From Oscillospiraceae bacterium (GTDB taxonomy: Bacteria; Bacillota; Clostridia; Oscillospirales; CAG-272), in assembly GCA_015063545.1 (NCBI GenBank), contig SVTX01000001.1, positions 1,842-65,841 of the forward strand: a DNA stretch of 64,000 nucleotides, read 5' to 3'. The notes beneath the pieces were generated by a model. That model saw nothing but the letters and a program-made list of their open reading frames with translations. It did no database searches and was not told the origin of the DNA. Below, piece by piece: positions 16,441-26,800 of this stretch (the first letter of the stretch is position 1; each line of letters begins with the position of its first letter). The position numbers were made by a program, and so were the translations under genes.

Positions 16441-18864
16441 ATGAACAAAAATTACAGCACACAACAAATCAAGGAAAATATTGAACTCAAGCTTTCCAGA
16501 TATTTCGGATGTACCCCTGCCGAGGCGTCTAAGGAACAGATGTACAAGGCGGTCGCCATAACCGTAAGAGATATTCTTACAGAAAAAAGAGGAAGCTTTA
16601 AAAAGGCAGTCAACAAGCAGGGCGCAAAGCGCGTTTATTATATGTGCATGGAGTTTTTGCTTGGACGCTCACTCAAGACAAATCTTTGCAACCTTGGACT
16701 TTCCGAGGAATATGCGAAGGCGCTTGAGGGCTTTGGCGTAGAGCTTGATTCGCTTTACGACTGTGAGCCCGATGCGGGACTTGGCAACGGCGGTCTTGGC
16801 AGACTTGCGGCATGCTTTATGGATTCGCTCTCATCGCTTGATTATCCCGCAACAGGATTTTCAATTTGCTATGAGTACGGCCTGTTTAAGCAGAAGATAG
16901 TTGACGGTATGCAGGTGGAGCTTCCCGACGTATGGCTTCCCGGTGGAGAGGTCTGGCTTGTTCCGAGAACAGACAGAGCCTTTATCGTGCGTTTTGGAGG
17001 AAAGGTAAAGGAAAAATGGGTCAACGGACACATGGAAGTATATTATGAGGGGGCAGAGGAGATAGAGGCTGTTCCTTATGACATGATGATATCCGGTGCA
17101 GACAGTGATGCTGCTTCAAGACTTCGTCTTTGGCGTGCAAGAGATATTCAGAACTTCAACATGGGCTTGTTTACGCAGGGACAGTACGCGCAAGCGGTGC
17201 AGAACAGCACGAGAGCAGAGGCTATATGCAAGGTTCTTTATCCTTCCGATAATCACGAGGAGGGAAAGCTTTTGCGTCTCTCACAGCAATATTTCTTGGT
17301 TTCTGCGTCTGTTCAAAGTATAATTCGAGATCACATGGCTTTATATGGCACTCTTGAAAATCTCGAAGATAAGATAGCTATTCATATCAATGACACGCAT
17401 CCCGCACTTTGTATTCCCGAGCTTATGAGAATACTTATAGATGACTACTTCTATTCATGGGAGGACGCGTGGAGAAAGGTCGTAAAGATCTGCTCGTATA
17501 CGAATCACACAGTCCTTCCCGAAGCGCTTGAAACGTGGAACGAGGAGCTTTTCAGAATCAAGCTCCCCAGAATGTACCAGATCATCTGCGAGATAAATGA
17601 AAGATTCTGCCGTGAAGCATGGCAGGCATTCCCCGGAAATTGGCAGAGAATATCCAACATGAGCGTTGTCGGATACGGTGCGGTAAGAATGGCAAATCTC
17701 TCGGTCGTTGGTTCCCACTCTGTTAACGGAGTATCGCAGTTGCATTCCAACATACTCAAAAAGTCGGTATTTAACGACTTTTACAATATGTACCCCGAAA
17801 GATTTGACAACGTCACCAACGGCATAGCTCACCGTCGTTGGCTCTGTTATTCCAATCCCGATCTTGCGAACCTTCTCGATGAGACCATAGGTACGGGATA
17901 CAGACATAATCCTGAAGAACTTTCGGAATTTGCGAAGTTTGCAGACGATGCTGCTGTTCTTGACCGTATCAGAAACATCAAACATGAAAACAAGGTGAGA
18001 TTTGCCGATCATCTCTATAAGAAAACAGGCAAAAAGCTCAATACTCATACAGTATATGACGTACAGATAAAGAGACTTCACGAATACAAGCGTCAGCTTC
18101 TCAACGTGTTGAATATAATTGGACTTTATATTGACATAAAGAACAATCCCAATCTTGATATTCAGCCCCAGACGTTTATTTTTGGCGCGAAGGCGGCCCC
18201 GGGATATCAGATGGCAAAGAGAATAATCCAGCTTATCTGCGCTCTTTCCAAGGATATAGACGCGCATCCCGAAATAAAAGAAAAGCTCGATGTGGTATTC
18301 CTTGAAAACTATGATGTTACAACCGCAGAGATACTCATTCCTTCCGCGGAAATATCCGAACAGATATCTCTTGCGGGCAAAGAGGCAAGCGGTACCGGTT
18401 GCATGAAACTCATGATCAACGGAGCGCTCACGATAGGCACTCTTGACGGAGCCAATGTCGAGATGCTTGACGCGGTCGGTGAGGACAATATGTTCATCTT
18501 CGGCATGACCGCAAAGGAGGTTGAGGATCTTTGGACAAGAGGTTATCGCTCTACGGAATTTTATGCCAATAACGAGCGTCTGAAGAGAATAATCAACCAC
18601 CTTTATATAGGATTTGCGGGTGAATCCTTTGCGGATATAGCAACTTATTTGCTCTCAGGTCACGGAATTGCAGATCCGTTTATGTGTCTTGCTGATTTTG
18701 AATCTTACAGATTGACTCATGACAGACTCATTTCCGCATATAAGGACAGACAGAACTGGTCCAAAAAGTCGCTTCTTAATACTGCGGCGGCAGGATATTT
18801 TGCGGCAGACAGATGCATCAACGAGTACGCTGAGAAATTCTGGAACATCAAGCCGATAAAATAA
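16441..18864 (+). CDS. glgP: glycogen/maltodextrin phosphorylase
   Basis: Start moved to ATG 16441 (MNKNYS...). GLGNGGLGRLAACF and EASGTGCMKLMINGA (PLP Lys region) motifs. Confidence 0.92.
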   Translation: MNKNYSTQQIKENIELKLSRYFGCTPAEASKEQMYKAVAITVRDILTEKRGSFKKAVNKQGAKRVYYMCMEFLLGRSLKTNLCNLGLSEEYAKALEGFGVELDSLYDCEPDAGLGNGGLGRLAACFMDSLSSLDYPATGFSICYEYGLFKQKIVDGMQVELPDVWLPGGEVWLVPRTDRAFIVRFGGKVKEKWVNGHMEVYYEGAEEIEAVPYDMMISGADSDAASRLRLWRARDIQNFNMGLFTQGQYAQAVQNSTRAEAICKVLYPSDNHEEGKLLRLSQQYFLVSASVQSIIRDHMALYGTLENLEDKIAIHINDTHPALCIPELMRILIDDYFYSWEDAWRKVVKICSYTNHTVLPEALETWNEELFRIKLPRMYQIICEINERFCREAWQAFPGNWQRISNMSVVGYGAVRMANLSVVGSHSVNGVSQLHSNILKKSVFNDFYNMYPERFDNVTNGIAHRRWLCYSNPDLANLLDETIGTGYRHNPEELSEFAKFADDAAVLDRIRNIKHENKVRFADHLYKKTGKKLNTHTVYDVQIKRLHEYKRQLLNVLNIIGLYIDIKNNPNLDIQPQTFIFGAKAAPGYQMAKRIIQLICALSKDIDAHPEIKEKLDVVFLENYDVTTAEILIPSAEISEQISLAGKEASGTGCMKLMINGALTIGTLDGANVEMLDAVGEDNMFIFGMTAKEVEDLWTRGYRSTEFYANNERLKRIINHLYIGFAGESFADIATYLLSGHGIADPFMCLADFESYRLTHDRLISAYKDRQNWSKKSLLNTAAAGYFAADRCINEYAEKFWNIKPIK

Positions 18865-18871
18865 AAAAATT

Positions 18872-18900
18872 AATGGGGGATCCTATGGGTTTCCCCCATT
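18872..18900 (+). other. hairpin between glgP and the GH13 gene (weak or partial terminator)
   Basis: aatggggga ...loop... tcccccatt, followed only by a short T stretch. Confidence 0.3.
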
Positions 18901-18925
18901 TGAATAATAAAACTATGAGGTTATT

Positions 18926-20866
18926 ATGTTACCCAAGCTTTTTTGCGAGATAGATAAGACAGCAGATATACAGATACGTAAATTTGCAGAAGACACGGAT
19001 GTCTCTGCCCTTGGAGCATTTGAATACGGCACGGTAGTTGATTTCGAGCTTGCCGTGTCACGCTGTATGGGCATGACTACGCCTGTTTTGAGAATATGCC
19101 GTGACGGTCAGCCATCAAAGGATATACCGATGAATTTCAAGGGCTCGGACAATGTCAGCGATATGTACTGTCTTTGTATTGATACAAAGGAGTTGTGCGG
19201 CGAGGCGGAGTGCGGTTTGTTTTATTATGAGTTCGTGCTTGTGCGAGGAGCGAACACCGTATATACCGATGCGTATAACAACGTAGATTTCAGACTTTCG
19301 GAAAAGGAAGGCGTGAAATTCCGACTTCTTGTATATGAAAAGGGATTTAAAACTCCGGACAGCTTCAAGGGGGTCATGTATCAGATATTTCCCGACAGAT
19401 TTTTCAGAGGTGAGAGCGAAGAAGCCAAATCAGTTCCCGTCCGAGAGGATGCGATATTGAATAAGGATTGGGAAAACGGAATTCCTCAATTTGCGCTCAA
19501 GGTGGGCGATCCTTTGAAGAACAATATGTTTTTTGGCGGAACGCTTTGGGGTATTGCGGAAAAACTTGACTATCTTTGCGAGCTTGGAGTAAGTATTATT
19601 TATCTGTGCCCTATATTTGAGGCATATTCAAACCACAAATACGACACGGGAAATTATCTCAAGGTCGACGATATGTTCGGCGGAGACGACGCATTGAAAA
19701 ACCTTATAGATAAAGCCAAAGAAAAAGGCATCTCGATTGTTTTAGACGGTGTTTTTAACCATACAGGCGATGACAGTATTTACTTTAATAAATACCGCCG
19801 ATACGGTGATGGCGGAGCATATAATGATCCCGACTCTCCGTACGTTAAGTGGTATAATTTTAAGAATCATCCCGATGAATACGAATCATGGTGGGGAATA
19901 GAGATACTGCCGAGACTTGATCATTCAAATGATAATTGCCGAAAGTTTTTCACGGGAGAAGGCGGGGTAATTCAAAAATACATAGACATGGGCATCGGGG
20001 GCTGGAGACTTGACGTTGCTGATGAACTGTGTGATGAATTTTTGGACGAACTGAGAGACAGAGCAAAATCCGCATCAAACGGCGAGGCTGTAATAATCGG
20101 CGAGGTTTGGGAAAATGCTGCGGAAAAATCCGCTTACGGAAAAAGAAGAAGATATTTTCAAGGCAGACAGCTTGACAGCGTTATGAATTATCCGCTTAGA
20201 AGCGCGATAATTGATTTTTGCGTTTTCGGTGACGCGGAAATACTCTATAACACTCTCACCGAAATATATTCATCTTATCCCGTACATGTATCCAATAAGC
20301 TCATGAACATTATAGGAACGCATGATACGGAGCGCATTTTGACGGTTCTTGGAAGAGACATGGGGGATGAGGACAGAAGCATGGCGGAGCTGTCGGTAGC
20401 AAAGCTTTCCCCAAAGCAACGTAAAAAGGGAGTTGAGCTTTTGAAGATCGCAGCGGGACTTCAGTACACGGTATACGGCGTTCCATCACTCTATTACGGC
20501 GATGAGATAGGCCTTGAGGGATATAGGGATCCTTTCTGTCGCATGCCGTTCCCATGGCATGAGCTTGATGACGCGCAACGCGCGGAGATACTTGATTTTT
20601 ATAAAGCTCTCGGTAGAATCAGACGCACAGAACCTGCGTTAGATGACGGATTGTTTTGTATCATAGGCAGAAGTGAGGATTTTATTTGCTTTTTCAGAGA
20701 AAAGCAAGATTCTAAGCTTTTGATTGCTGCAAACCGCGGAGGGGAAAAATCAATAGATATCCCGGACGGATGTTATTACATTGATCTGATTTCAAACAAA
20801 GAATATACGGGCAACGTTACAGTGCCCGGTGACACTATTGCCATATTTAAGGAAGTACAACAATGA
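18926..20866 (+). CDS. GH13 alpha-glycosidase (neopullulanase/cyclomaltodextrinase-like)
   Basis: GH13 regions DGVFNHTG, GGWRLDVADE, GEVWE and GTHDTER. 646 aa. Confidence 0.85.
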   Translation: MLPKLFCEIDKTADIQIRKFAEDTDVSALGAFEYGTVVDFELAVSRCMGMTTPVLRICRDGQPSKDIPMNFKGSDNVSDMYCLCIDTKELCGEAECGLFYYEFVLVRGANTVYTDAYNNVDFRLSEKEGVKFRLLVYEKGFKTPDSFKGVMYQIFPDRFFRGESEEAKSVPVREDAILNKDWENGIPQFALKVGDPLKNNMFFGGTLWGIAEKLDYLCELGVSIIYLCPIFEAYSNHKYDTGNYLKVDDMFGGDDALKNLIDKAKEKGISIVLDGVFNHTGDDSIYFNKYRRYGDGGAYNDPDSPYVKWYNFKNHPDEYESWWGIEILPRLDHSNDNCRKFFTGEGGVIQKYIDMGIGGWRLDVADELCDEFLDELRDRAKSASNGEAVIIGEVWENAAEKSAYGKRRRYFQGRQLDSVMNYPLRSAIIDFCVFGDAEILYNTLTEIYSSYPVHVSNKLMNIIGTHDTERILTVLGRDMGDEDRSMAELSVAKLSPKQRKKGVELLKIAAGLQYTVYGVPSLYYGDEIGLEGYRDPFCRMPFPWHELDDAQRAEILDFYKALGRIRRTEPALDDGLFCIIGRSEDFICFFREKQDSKLLIAANRGGEKSIDIPDGCYYIDLISNKEYTGNVTVPGDTIAIFKEVQQ

Positions 20867-22095
20867 AATATGCAAACTCTTTAAAATACATAGAGAATTT
20901 CAGACCTTCCGGGACACAGAATACTGTTTCCGTGCGGCGCATATCAGAGCTTTGCAGCTCTCTCGGGAATATTAATCGCGGTGTGAGATTCATTCACGTG
21001 CCGGGAGGTGCGTCGGGACACGGATGTGCCGTGCTTATGGAAAATGTTTTCAAATGCGCGGGATACAAAACAGGCAGGATAGTCTCGCCATGCGGCAGAG
21101 ACTCGCGCACTTCTGTCTTTATAAACGGAGTGATAGCTCAGATAGAAGACTACAATAAATGTGTTGCCGAAATAAAAAACAAGGTTGGAAAGCACTACGA
21201 CACCGAATATTTAAAGGAAGAAATAATATTTGTACTGTCACTGCTTTTGTGCAGACTTAGCGGATGTGAATTCATTATTCTTGAAGGTACAGAAAAATTT
21301 GACCGTGTTTGCGCACCGTATGAGCTTGTTATCATCCCTGCAATTTACGATTCGGAAAACGCTATGGACAAAGTTGTGCGCCTGTGTGATTCTATTCGGG
21401 CGGGCGCGCGTGAGGTCGTCAGCGGAAATCAGAAGAGTGATGTGTATAATTATATTTCCAATGTTTGCGCGCCCTCGGGACAAAGACTGTTCATTCCCGT
21501 CAAGGCTCAGTTCTGTATAACGGAACAGAGCTCAAGAAGACTGGTGTTTAACTATAACGGCAGGGAAGGCTTCACCCTCAAAACCCCGTCTCTCATTATG
21601 AGAGATTGTGCCATGACTGTTATAGAGGCAATTATGGCGATCCGCAGAGAGGGAATAAGAATTCCCGTATCTGCTATAATTGAAGGCATGGCTGAGGCGG
21701 GAAGCGCAAACTCATTTGAGATAATTTCTTATACTCCCACTATCATAGTGGATAATTCATCAAACGCCGATGAAACGAAGCTTTTGTACAAGACATACTG
21801 TGAAGTGTTTGGAGATGATAGGGAATTTTCTATTTGCATTTTTGCAGAAAGTGAAGAGGAGATATCTTTGTTGCTTGGAGATATTCCACTCAATAAAATT
21901 AAAAGCATACTTGTGTGCGGTCATAATTATGATATGTGTTCATATAAAAATGTCCCGCTTTTGGTGTGCAGAACGCATAAGGATGCGGCGAGGATCATAT
22001 CAAATGTCGAAGACCAGGATAGCACGTGGGTGTGTTTCGGCGGAGATTTCGCTCAGCGAATAAAAGAGGAAATAGCAAAACTTATAAACTTTTAA
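20863..22095 (+). CDS. FolC/Mur-ligase-like protein with degenerate active-site motifs (probable pseudoenzyme)
   Basis: FolC-like N-terminus (ANSLKYIENF). The P-loop position reads HVPGGASGHG instead of GTNGKGS, and DGAHN is replaced by DNSSN. ATGA overlap with the GH13 stop. Confidence 0.6.
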   Translation: MKYANSLKYIENFRPSGTQNTVSVRRISELCSSLGNINRGVRFIHVPGGASGHGCAVLMENVFKCAGYKTGRIVSPCGRDSRTSVFINGVIAQIEDYNKCVAEIKNKVGKHYDTEYLKEEIIFVLSLLLCRLSGCEFIILEGTEKFDRVCAPYELVIIPAIYDSENAMDKVVRLCDSIRAGAREVVSGNQKSDVYNYISNVCAPSGQRLFIPVKAQFCITEQSSRRLVFNYNGREGFTLKTPSLIMRDCAMTVIEAIMAIRREGIRIPVSAIIEGMAEAGSANSFEIISYTPTIIVDNSSNADETKLLYKTYCEVFGDDREFSICIFAESEEEISLLLGDIPLNKIKSILVCGHNYDMCSYKNVPLLVCRTHKDAARIISNVEDQDSTWVCFGGDFAQRIKEEIAKLINF

Positions 22096-22123
22096 TTGAT
22101 ATAACAACAAAAGCTTGATAAAA

Positions 22124-22156
22124 AGGGCTTTTTCAGACAAAAGTCCTTTTTTATTT
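22124..22156 (+). terminator. rho-independent terminator at the end of the glycogen operon
   Basis: agggctttt tcagac aaaagtcct followed by tttttattt. Confidence 0.6.
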
Positions 22157-22266
22157 ATGCGTTGAATGCGTGAACGAGACATGTTCTTCATATAAATCGT
22201 TTTTTTGCATATAATGTTTTATGAAAGCAAAGAATAGTATCATCAAAGTTTTGGAGGTGTAGGATC

Positions 22267-23586
22267 GTGACAAAGCCACAGATCATAAAATGCAGTGCAA
22301 GAGAAATTTTGGATTCAAGAGGCAATCCCACAGTGGAAGCGACAGTCATGCTTTCGGATGGAAGCATAGGAGTGGCATCCGTGCCGTCGGGGGCTTCCAC
22401 GGGTATATATGAGGCGGTAGAAAAACGCGACGGAGACAAGTCAAGATATAACGGTAAAGGAGTGCTTTCCGCGGTAAACAGCATATGCAGAACCATATCG
22501 CCCGCCCTCATAGGTGTTTATGCGAGCGAACAAAATGAGGTCGATAGAATAATGTGCGAAATAGACGGCACAGAGAATAAGCAAAATCTTGGTGCAAATG
22601 CTATTTTGGCGGTATCTCTGGCAAATGCGCGTGCATGCGCTAACAGCTATCATATGCCGTTATTTCGCTTTATAGGTGGGATGGAGGCAAAAACGCTTCC
22701 AATACCCATGATGAATATTCTGAACGGCGGTGCGCATGCAAGCAACAATATAGAGATACAGGAATTTATGATAGTTCCTACGGCTGCGCCGTCTTTTTCT
22801 GATGCCATAAGAATGGGTAGTGAGATATATCATGAGCTTGGAGATATTCTCAAGAGGGAAAATCACTCTACGGCGGTAGGAGACGAGGGCGGATTTGCGC
22901 CCAATCTTGAATCTGACGAACAGGCAATAGAGTATATTTGCCGGGCGATAGACGCATGTGGCTATTCAGACAGCGTAAAGATAGCCTTGGATGCCGCATC
23001 ATCCGAATGGTATAGCGAGAAGGAAGACCGTTATAAGTTAAAAAAACGTGGAATGGAATATGACAGAGACGGATTGATAAACTTTTGGGAAAAGCTTTGC
23101 GACTCATATCCCATTATCTCAATAGAAGATGGATTGGATCAGCGTGATTTCTTCGGTTGGAGCCGTCTTACCGAAAAGATAGGGAACAGATGTATGCTGG
23201 TCGGAGACGATTTATTCGTTACAAATGTAAAGCGGCTCAAAGAGGGAATAGGTACCGGCGCCGCAAATGCCGTTCTTGTAAAGCCCAATCAAGTGGGAAC
23301 CTTGAGTGAAGTAATAGATGTGACCTCGACGGCATACTCCAAAGAATATCTTACCATCATGTCTCACCGTTCCGGTGAGACGGAGGATACGACAATAGCC
23401 GATCTTGCGGTGGGGCTTGGCGCGAAGTTTATAAAATCAGGAGCGCCCTGCCGAAGCGAGAGAGTGGCCAAGTACAACCGGCTTATAAGGATAGAGGCAT
23501 CTTTGGGTAAATCGGCAAAATACGGATTTAATTACGGAAGCATAAAACCCACCGTGAGAACGTTTTGCGGAGAGTGTATGGAATAA
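22267..23586 (+). CDS. eno: enolase
   Basis: GTG start with GGAGGTG RBS. AREILDSRGNPTVEA, SHRSGETED and KPNQVGT motifs. Confidence 0.93.
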   Translation: MTKPQIIKCSAREILDSRGNPTVEATVMLSDGSIGVASVPSGASTGIYEAVEKRDGDKSRYNGKGVLSAVNSICRTISPALIGVYASEQNEVDRIMCEIDGTENKQNLGANAILAVSLANARACANSYHMPLFRFIGGMEAKTLPIPMMNILNGGAHASNNIEIQEFMIVPTAAPSFSDAIRMGSEIYHELGDILKRENHSTAVGDEGGFAPNLESDEQAIEYICRAIDACGYSDSVKIALDAASSEWYSEKEDRYKLKKRGMEYDRDGLINFWEKLCDSYPIISIEDGLDQRDFFGWSRLTEKIGNRCMLVGDDLFVTNVKRLKEGIGTGAANAVLVKPNQVGTLSEVIDVTSTAYSKEYLTIMSHRSGETEDTTIADLAVGLGAKFIKSGAPCRSERVAKYNRLIRIEASLGKSAKYGFNYGSIKPTVRTFCGECME

Positions 23587-23601
23587 GGGTATTTTCAATG
23601 T

Positions 23602-23632
23602 AGGTCTCGCCTGAAAGGCGAGGCCTTTCATT
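23602..23632 (+). terminator. rho-independent terminator after eno
   Basis: aggtctcgcct gaa aggcgaggcct followed by tttca. Confidence 0.6.
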
Positions 23633-23800
23633 ATGATATAATATAACATTTGATACGGTATCAAGGTAAATAAATACAATTTTTGGTGTGAAAAGTTGTT
23701 ATTTTTGTCAATTTACTAAGTCATGGTATTGTGTTAAAATTAGATTATAGAGACATCATCGGATTGATATCCTCAATACAATAAAAAAGGAGAAAAGAAA

Positions 23801-26800
23801 ATGAAAAAAATCCTCTCTGCATCGATAGTGGTGATTATGATAATTGCACTGGCTATCGGCGCTACATTTGCAGCAAATGCCGTAGAGGCAGACTATTCCT
23901 TGACGGGAATGGGCGCGGCTGTTACAAAGCCTATTACGGTAAACGGTACGGACACGGGAGTTACACACACACAGATATCCGTGCCCGCAAATTCCAAGTA
24001 TAACCCTTATACGTCAGACAGCGTTGTTAACGTAATAGAGATATCCCCATCTGACACGAATGCAACGATGGCGGTTCTCAACTGCGGTAATTACAACTGG
24101 AGCAAGACCACTATGGGTACTGCTGCCAATAAATATAACGCAACGCACGACGGCACGGTAATTGCTGCGGTAAACGGTGACCCGTGGCTCGTACACCATA
24201 CGGACTACGACGGAGACGGTGTTGCATCTACAGGTCCTTCCGTAAAGCACGGCTCGGTATCCAGAGGAATAGTTATTGTTGATGGCGAGCTTTACAACAC
24301 AAGACAATCCGCGGCAGAAAACTACCTTCCTGCCAAAACAAGCGGAAGTGGCGCAGAGTACGGCGGAACTCCGTCGGGAGGAATGGTCTTTGCTGTAAAA
24401 GCAGACGGAAGCTACATGATAGGTACTCCCAGCCTTAATGTTTCTATGAAAAACGCAACCACAGGTGTAACGCTTACAGCGCCCACCGGAATTAACAGAC
24501 TTCCCGCACCTAACGCTATAATGATCTACAATCACAGAGTTGGTACAGAGTCTATGGCATACACCGACGCGTATGAGATATATCTTAAAACAGACGATAG
24601 TGCGTTCGGAATAGGCAAGACTGTTTCCGGTACTGTTACGGCAATATTTGAGAGCAATAGCGAAGAACCCCGTCCCGCTATTGATGCAAATACCATTATT
24701 ATTTCCGCGAGAGGTAATAAGATAGAAGGTCTTCAGGGACAGTTCACCATCGGTGATCAGATAGATTTCGGAGTACTTGTAAGAAACGATTCTTACTTGT
24801 CCGCTCAGAAAAGCGAATGGAAGAACGTTACTCAGGCGATCGGCGGATTCTTCTCTCAAGTAGATAAGGGTAACATCACAGGTGAGAACCGAGACAGTGC
24901 ATATCCTTGTCCTGTAGTTGGACTTAAACAGGATGGCACAGTTGTTGTTATGAGCGTTACCTCGCAGGCAGATGGTCTGTATAAGGGTACGACGATGAGG
25001 AACGTTGCCTATATATGTCAGGAACTCGGCATGTATACCGCGCTTATGTTTGACGGCGGCGGATCCACGCAGATGATAACCTATGATGATGGCGCATACG
25101 TAAGACGCGCATCCAGCGCTGACGGAGCAAACAGTGTCCGTGGAGTTATAAACGGACTGGCAGTAGTGTATAAAGGCGCGAATATTGACAATGTTATAAA
25201 CAATGAATCGTCGGCTGCCGGTTTCTACGGTGAAATAACCGGAGCTACGACGGATACGTTTGCGGCAGTAGTAAATAACGTAAACGGAGTTGGTCCCGAC
25301 GGAACAGTGAACACTAACTTTGCTCAGACACTTGTTTCAAATACTTCTTTTGTTGCAAGTGCTCCCATGCCGATAGAAATTAAGGATACTACCGTAAGTA
25401 TCAACGGATGGTTTATATCCAACGGCGGTCAGAACGACGAAATTAAATTCTCCGTAGACGGCGGACAAACATGGGTAGGTACATGCACCAACATAAATTG
25501 GATGGACGGTACATCAGACCATGTAGCGGCTGCCAATGCACACGGAGTAGAGAATGCATCTGCAACCCACGCGGTGTTTACCGGAGCTACTGCTGATCTT
25601 TCTCTGTTTGAGGGAAGAACGGTAGATGTTACGTTTGGAAGAACCGCCCCTTGGGGTGATACGGTGGCATTTGCGACCATAACCGGCGTCAAGGTTCCCG
25701 GTGTCGCAAAGCCGGATGTGGTAATTACAGCGGAGCCCACAGGCTCTTACCGTTATTATGTAACCGTAAGCAGTATCAACGGTATAGCCACAAGCCTTAC
25801 GGGCTACAGAGACGCGACAAGCGGAGTGACCGAGAGACGTGTTCCTGCAATCACGACGGGCATTTCTGTAGATGAAAATAACTGTATTTTGATATCCGGT
25901 ATGGCACAGGTCAACGGAGGTCAGTATGCCTATTACTGGTCGATTGACGGTAATAATTGGTATGAATTTATGGGAGGAGAATACGGCTCTGCTACGTCTG
26001 ACTTTGCCGCGGAGGCAAGAGAAAGCATTGCTAAGGTAACCAGCACGGGCATAGAAGCAAACGGTGCATTTACCAACCTCAAGGTTGATCTTACATCTTA
26101 TGCGGGGGAAACCGTTGACATATATTTTGCGGTTACGTCAAAGAGTGCAAATACAAGTCCTTGTCACTTCTTGACAATCGAGGATGTAGCAGTTCCCGCA
26201 CCTCATACTTGCACTCCCGGAGCTGACGCAACTTGTACCACAGACCAGACCTGCACAGAGTGCGGAGAAATTATAACCCCCGCGCTCGGACACGATGAGA
26301 TAACTCACGAGGCAAAGGCGGCAACCTGTACAGAGGATGGCTGTAATGCATACGTAAGTTGCTCAAGATGTGATTACACTACTTATGAGGCGATACCCGC
26401 AACGGGCCACACCGAAGTAATCGATGCGGCAGTAGCTGCAACATGTACAGAAACAGGTCTTACAGAAGGTAAGCACTGTTCCGTATGTGAGAAGGTTCTC
26501 GTAGCTCAGACAATAGTCGATGCTCTTGGACATACAGCTGGTAATACAGTTGTAGAAAATAATGTAGAGCCTGATTGTACAAATACAGGTTCTTACGATA
26601 CAGTAGTTTACTGTACATTATGTAACGTTGAACTCTCTAGAGAAACAACAACAGTTGATGCACTCGGTCATACCGAAGTGATCGACGCAGCAGTAGCTCC
26701 CACATGTACAGAGACAGGTCTTACAGAAGGTAAGCACTGCTCCGTATGTAATGAGATTATCGTAGCACAGGAAACAGTAGCAGCTCTCGGTCATACCGAA

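Noticed and set aside
24014-24859. A 281-aa minus-strand ORF inside the 1239-aa gene. A similar case is 58897..59721 (274 aa) inside the 981-aa gene.
   Set aside because: These are antisense shadows of long, well-supported genes. They have no RBS and their composition is low-complexity Arg/Cys/Ser-rich.
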